The position numbers and the translations under genes are program-made. A stretch of 32,028 nucleotides of DNA from an uncultured virus (IMG/VR IMGVR_UViG_3300025678_000930) (taxonomy: Duplodnaviria > Heunggongvirae > Uroviricota > Caudoviricetes). The stretch lies in the IMG/VR virus record IMGVR_UViG_3300025678_000930. One strand, written 5' to 3'. Under the pieces are notes generated by a model. That model was not told the DNA's origin. It did no database searches and saw nothing but the letters and a program-made list of their open reading frames with translations. Of this stretch, positions 27,677 through 32,028 are shown in pieces; position 1 is the first letter of the stretch, and each line of letters begins with the position of its first letter.

Positions 27677-27709
27677 GGTGGTGGAGGCTTTCCCTCTGCC
27701 ACCTTTTTT
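27677..27709 (+). terminator. Intrinsic terminator between the SSB and DNA polymerase genes
   Basis: Stem GGTGGTGGAGG/CCTCTGCCACC, 5-nt loop, TTTTTT. Confidence 0.75.
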
Positions 27710-27731
27710 CTTTTAGGAATGGAGGAGTGCT

Positions 27732-29720
27732 ATGAAGAACTTGGAAATCGATATTGAAACCTATTCATCTGTTAACCTACAAAAGAGCGGAGTTTATCGT
27801 TATGTGGAGGCAGATGATTTTGAAATATTACTGTTTGGTTATTCAATTGACGGCGGAGAGGTTATGGTGGTTGATCTTGTGAGTGGAGAAAAAATACCGC
27901 AAGAAATACTCGATGCCATAACCGATGATGAGGTAACCAAGTGGGCATTTAATGCTCAGTTTGAGCGTATCTGCCTGTCAAGGTATCTGTCAGATATGGG
28001 AATAAGCCTTGACCCGTTTAACGACAATCATCCATTGTCAAAGGAAATGGCAAGATATCTAAACCCTTCATCCTGGAAATGTTCAATGGTGTGGTCGGCA
28101 TATATGGGACTTCCCCTTTCCCTGGAAGGTGTGGGTGCCGTTCTTGGCCTTGAAAAGCAAAAGCTGACCGAAGGTAAAGACCTTATAAGATACTTCTGTG
28201 TTCCGTGTGCTCCTACAAAATCCAATGGTGGAAGAACTCGTAATATGCCAAGCGATGATGAGGAGAAATGGCAGAGGTTTAAGGCTTACAACAAGCGTGA
28301 TGTTGAAACGGAAACGCAGATACAGCAAAGGCTTATAAAGTTTCCTGTGCCAGAAGACATATGGGATGAATACCATCTCGACCAGGAAATCAATGATCGT
28401 GGCATAAAAGTTGATATGGATTTTGTAAAACAGGCTATTGCTGTGGATGATGTTTCTCACGAAAAACTGATGTCAGCAATACAGCAAATGACAGAACTTG
28501 ATAATCCCAACTCGGTACAACAGATGAAAGGCTGGCTTTCCGAAAACGGCCTTGAAACAGATACACTTGGTAAAAAGGCTGTGACAGAACTATTAAAGGA
28601 TGCACCTGAGCATTTGGCTGAAGTTCTTAAGCTCCGTCAGCAGCTTGCAAAATCGTCCGTTAAGAAATATACGGCAATGGAAAATGCTATTTGTGCGGAT
28701 TCTCGTGCCAGAGGTATGTTTCAGTTTTACGGGGCAAACAGAACCGGCCGCTTTGCAGGAAGGCTTGTGCAATTACAGAACCTGCCGCAAAACCATATGC
28801 CGGATTTAAAAGAGGCACGAGGCATAGTAAAAAACGGTGATTATGGAACGCTTGAAATGCTCTACGAAGATATACCGGACACCCTCTCGCAGCTTATCCG
28901 CACAGCTTTTATACCAAAGGCAGGCAACAAGTTTATTGTTGCGGACTTTTCTGCAATTGAGGCTCGTGTGCTTTCATGGCTTGCAGGTGAAGAATGGCGA
29001 ACCGAAGTATTCGCAAGCGGCGGTGACATTTATTGTGCATCGGCATCACAGATGTTTAAAGTTCCTGTGGAAAAGCATGGTGTGAACGGTCATCTAAGGC
29101 AAAAAGGAAAAATTGCAGAATTGGCACTTGGATATGGTGGATCTATCGGTGCATTAAAGGCTATGGGTGCGTTGGAGATGGGACTTGAAGAAGAAGAGTT
29201 GAAACCCCTTGTTAATGCCTGGAGAGCATCAAATCCAAACATCGTAAAGTTTTGGTGGGATGTTGATAGTGCTGTTAAGAAATGCATCAAGGAAAATAAG
29301 TCACAGAAAACTAATAACATTGAGTTTCATTGCATGAGTGGAATGCTATTTATAGTTCTCCCTTCCGGCAGACAGCTTTCCTATGTAAAACCTCGTATCG
29401 GTGAAAATATCTTCGGTGGTGAGTCTGTGACTTATGAAGGTGTAGGTGGAACAAAGAAATGGGAAAGAATCGAAAGTTATGGACCCAAGTTTGTAGAAAA
29501 CATTGTACAGGCAATCTCCCGTGATATTTTGATGCATGCTATGAAGACACTCCGTACTTGCAACATAGTGGCTCATGTGCATGATGAAGTAATCATTGAG
29601 GCAGACCCTCGAATGTCGATAGATAGCGTATGTGAGCAGATGGGTAGAGTTCCTCCCTGGGCAAAGGGGCTACTCCTTAATGCCGATGGTTATGAATGCG
29701 ATTTTTACAAAAAAGATTAG
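27732..29720 (+). CDS. Phage DNA polymerase, family A (3'-5' exonuclease + polymerase)
   Basis: Exo I DIET, Exo II AFNAQFER, Exo III YNKRDV; RTGRFAGR, motif A ADFSAIEARV, motif B RQKGKIAELALGYG, motif C HVHDE. Confidence 0.96.
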   Translation: MKNLEIDIETYSSVNLQKSGVYRYVEADDFEILLFGYSIDGGEVMVVDLVSGEKIPQEILDAITDDEVTKWAFNAQFERICLSRYLSDMGISLDPFNDNHPLSKEMARYLNPSSWKCSMVWSAYMGLPLSLEGVGAVLGLEKQKLTEGKDLIRYFCVPCAPTKSNGGRTRNMPSDDEEKWQRFKAYNKRDVETETQIQQRLIKFPVPEDIWDEYHLDQEINDRGIKVDMDFVKQAIAVDDVSHEKLMSAIQQMTELDNPNSVQQMKGWLSENGLETDTLGKKAVTELLKDAPEHLAEVLKLRQQLAKSSVKKYTAMENAICADSRARGMFQFYGANRTGRFAGRLVQLQNLPQNHMPDLKEARGIVKNGDYGTLEMLYEDIPDTLSQLIRTAFIPKAGNKFIVADFSAIEARVLSWLAGEEWRTEVFASGGDIYCASASQMFKVPVEKHGVNGHLRQKGKIAELALGYGGSIGALKAMGALEMGLEEEELKPLVNAWRASNPNIVKFWWDVDSAVKKCIKENKSQKTNNIEFHCMSGMLFIVLPSGRQLSYVKPRIGENIFGGESVTYEGVGGTKKWERIESYGPKFVENIVQAISRDILMHAMKTLRTCNIVAHVHDEVIIEADPRMSIDSVCEQMGRVPPWAKGLLLNADGYECDFYKKD

Positions 29721-29726
29721 TGAAAA

Positions 29727-29762
29727 CATCAGATTTCACCTCCCGCCGTGGCTACCAGGTAG
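29727..29762 (+). repeat. Bipartite direct repeat, copy 2
   Basis: CATCAGATTTC 29727-29737 and CCGTGGCTACCAGGTAG 29746-29762; begins 7 nt after the polymerase stop. Confidence 0.9.
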
Positions 29763-29775
29763 GAGGTGTTTTTTT

Positions 29776-29991
29776 ATGAATGTTTTTCAAGTCACAGACA
29801 ACAACCCAATACCAAGTGAAACTATAAAAATGACTAACAGCCAAATGCAGAAAGAGGCTGATTACTATATGGCTCAAAAACTGCTTAAACAGCTTTTATC
29901 TGCGGAGTTAATTTCACTGGATGAATTCGACAAAATTACAGAGTTGAATCGTAAAAAATTCTCACCCGTTTTAGCAAAGATAATGTCCTAA
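29776..29991 (+). CDS. SHOCT domain-containing small protein
   Basis: EADYYMAQKLLKQLLSAELISLDEFDKITELNRKKFSP; AGGAGGTG RBS; usual position before serine recombinases. Confidence 0.8.
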   Translation: MNVFQVTDNNPIPSETIKMTNSQMQKEADYYMAQKLLKQLLSAELISLDEFDKITELNRKKFSPVLAKIMS

Positions 29992-29995
29992 AACA

Positions 29996-30039
29996 CTTGC
30001 TATTACTGGCTTTTAGAGCGAATATGTCATATACCGAAA
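29996..30039 (+). promoter_or_regulatory. Promoter-like motif, copy 3, upstream of the recombinase
   Basis: CTTGCTA-N12-AGAGCGAATATGT..TACCGAAA. Confidence 0.6.
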
Positions 30040-30049
30040 GCGAGGTGAG

Positions 30050-31612
30050 ATGATGAAAAAGATATTTAAAGTTGACAATATAGCAGCCACTTCAAAGAGA
30101 AAACTTCGTGTTGCTGCATATGCCAGAGTTTCTACTGATAGTGATGAACAGCTGGTCAGTTTAAAGGCTCAGAAAGAGCATTACGAAAGTTGCATTAAAT
30201 TGAACCCCGAATGGGAGTTTGCAGGCCTTTATTATGATGAAGGCTTGAGCGGTACTAAGAAAGATAACAGAACCGGTCTTTTGGATATGATTGCAGATGC
30301 TGAGCAAGGCAAGATTGATTTTATTCTTACAAAGTCAATCAGCCGTTTTGCAAGAAATACAACCGATTGCTTGGAAATGGTAAGAAGACTGATTGATGTT
30401 GGTGTGTTCATTCAATTCGAGAAAGAAAACATTAATACAGGTTCTATGGAAAGTGAGTTAATGCTCTCCATACTAAGCAGTCTTGCCGAAAGCGAGTCTG
30501 TTTCCATTTCACAAAACAGCAAATGGGCTATTCAGAAACGCTTTATAAACGGCACTTTTATAATTTCCTACCCGCCATACGGTTACACAAATACTGATGG
30601 CAAGATGGAAGTTGTGCCTGAGGAGGCGGAAATAGTTCGCAACATTTTTAGAGAGTGTATTAACGGCAAAGGGGCCTTTCTCATAGCCAAAGAATTAAAT
30701 GAGCGAGGCATTCCATCCAAGCGAGGAACGAAATGGCATCCATCAACGGTTCAAGGTGTTCTTAAGAACGAAAAATATACTGGAGATGTAATCTTTCAAA
30801 AGACCTATACTGACAGCAAATTTAACCGCCACATAAACTACGGCGAAGAAAATCAGTACCTTTTTGAAAATCATCATGAGGCTATTATAAACCATGATGA
30901 TTTTGAAAAGGCACAATCGATTATGGAGCAACGTGGAAAGGAAAAGGGTGTCCTCAAGAAGGAAGGCAAATACCAAAAGCGGTATGTATTCTCCGGTAAA
31001 ATAACCTGCGGAGAGTGCGGTTCCCGTTTCAAAAGACGTATTCATTACTCCGGAAAAAACGAGTACATTGCCTGGTGCTGTACTAAGCACATAGATCACA
31101 CAGTCAAATGTTCAATGAAATTTATAAGGGATGAGGATATTAAGACTGCATTCGTAACAATGTTAAACAAGTTGATTTTTTCTTGCGATATGCTACTCAA
31201 GCCTTTTATGCAAGGGTTGAGAAATATTGATGAGAAAGCATATCTGAAGAAAATTACTGAAATTGAGGAACGCATTGAGAAGAACGAAAATCAGCGTAAT
31301 GTGCTTATGGAACTTATGTCAAAGGGACTTTTAAATCCGGGACTGTTTACAAAGCAGAATACGGAATTATTAAGTGAGTTTGCTCGGCTTGCCACAGAGA
31401 AAAAACATATATTTTATGCGGTAAGCGGTAATGCATCAAAGATAGATGAAACCCAAAGGCTCATAAGGTTCTGTAGCAGAAACAGAATGGCATTGAAATT
31501 TAACGATAATGTTTTTGAGGATTTTGTAGATGAGATAGTTGTAAATTCCAGGGAGGAGATTGTATTTAAACTGAAATGCGGTCTTTCCTTAAAAGAAAGG
31601 CTGGTGGAATAA
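30050..31612 (+). CDS. Large serine recombinase (resolvase + recombinase + Zn-ribbon domains)
   Basis: VAAYARVST (catalytic Ser), DEGLSGT, TKSISRFARN, PPYGY, LKNEKYTGD, CGECG...WCC. Confidence 0.96.
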   Translation: MMKKIFKVDNIAATSKRKLRVAAYARVSTDSDEQLVSLKAQKEHYESCIKLNPEWEFAGLYYDEGLSGTKKDNRTGLLDMIADAEQGKIDFILTKSISRFARNTTDCLEMVRRLIDVGVFIQFEKENINTGSMESELMLSILSSLAESESVSISQNSKWAIQKRFINGTFIISYPPYGYTNTDGKMEVVPEEAEIVRNIFRECINGKGAFLIAKELNERGIPSKRGTKWHPSTVQGVLKNEKYTGDVIFQKTYTDSKFNRHINYGEENQYLFENHHEAIINHDDFEKAQSIMEQRGKEKGVLKKEGKYQKRYVFSGKITCGECGSRFKRRIHYSGKNEYIAWCCTKHIDHTVKCSMKFIRDEDIKTAFVTMLNKLIFSCDMLLKPFMQGLRNIDEKAYLKKITEIEERIEKNENQRNVLMELMSKGLLNPGLFTKQNTELLSEFARLATEKKHIFYAVSGNASKIDETQRLIRFCSRNRMALKFNDNVFEDFVDEIVVNSREEIVFKLKCGLSLKERLVE

Positions 31613-32028
31613 TGACACATACACCATATGGTTACCGCATTGAAGGCGGTAAGGCAGTTATAGATGAAACGGCAGCAGGTCAAGTAAAAGAACTCTTTGA
31701 AGTTTATAACTCTGGGTTGGCTCTTACAGTGGCTGCCGAAAAAGCAGGACTTAAATTGTACCATGCTTCAGCAAAAAGAATGCTACAAAACGAGCATTAT
31801 GTTGGTGATGATTATTACCCTGCCATTGTTGATAGCGACGTTTTTAATAAGGCAAATAATGAAATACGTAGACGGGCATTGGCTCTTGGAAGAATAAAGG
31901 AATATAAAGAGCCGCTACCCCCTACTCCACAAACACGATTTAAGTTGGGCAGGCAGACGAAGTTTTTTGATGATCCTTTTGCACAAGCTGAATATATGTA
32001 CAGTCTGATAGAAAGCGAGGTGGACTGA
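31612..32028 (+). CDS. Small recombinase-domain-only protein
   Basis: HTPYGYRIEGG, MLQNEHYVGDDYYPAIVD; no catalytic resolvase domain; ATG overlaps the upstream TAA. Confidence 0.8.
   Translation: MTHTPYGYRIEGGKAVIDETAAGQVKELFEVYNSGLALTVAAEKAGLKLYHASAKRMLQNEHYVGDDYYPAIVDSDVFNKANNEIRRRALALGRIKEYKEPLPPTPQTRFKLGRQTKFFDDPFAQAEYMYSLIESEVD

Larger units (their letters stand above)
1..32028 (+). mobile_element. Prophage (siphovirus-like, HK97-type head, serine-recombinase integration module); extends beyond the window
   Basis: Co-oriented terminase, portal, Clp-type protease, capsid, tail, tape measure, holin, endolysin and recombinase genes; strong AGGAGG-type RBSs typical of Bacillota. Confidence 0.97.

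Noticed and set aside
29632..29775. N-terminal extension of the SHOCT ORF overlapping the polymerase
   Set aside because: AGGAGGTG directly precedes ATG 29776; the extension crosses the repeat motif
167..31764. Numerous minus-strand ORFs of 60-164 aa in the ORF track
   Set aside because: All lie antisense to well-supported + strand genes and show no recognisable motifs; treated as shadow ORFs

Overview
The window is most of a Bacillota (Clostridia-like) siphovirus-type prophage, read entirely on the + strand. It opens with the end of an HNH gene and terminase small subunit. About 7.2 kb of accessory genes then separate terS from terL: metK, a ParB-fused amino-methyltransferase, a C5-cytosine methyltransferase, an amidoligase-like paralog, DUF4314, amidoligase_2, a gamma-glutamylcyclotransferase and DUF5049. 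Next come an HK97-type head module, neck and tail genes, tape measure and tail-tip genes, holin and amidase-LysM endolysin. A nuclease/SSB/family-A polymerase cassette, a SHOCT gene and serine recombinases close the window. Five observations stand out. (1) An ORF nested in the +1 frame of the C5-MTase has its own RBS and resembles the M.EcoHK31I beta polypeptide; the host MTase carries about 7 tandem TRD-like modules. (2) A peptidase-U32-like, Cys-containing enzyme and a CxxC..CxxC mini-protein are translationally coupled inside the tail-tip operon. (3) The polymerase cassette is bracketed by a bipartite direct repeat. (4) An apparently catalytically dead amidoligase paralog lies upstream of the intact one. 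(5) A three-copy promoter-like motif is shared by the amidoligase genes and the recombinase. All family assignments come from motif recognition by eye; no database searches were run.
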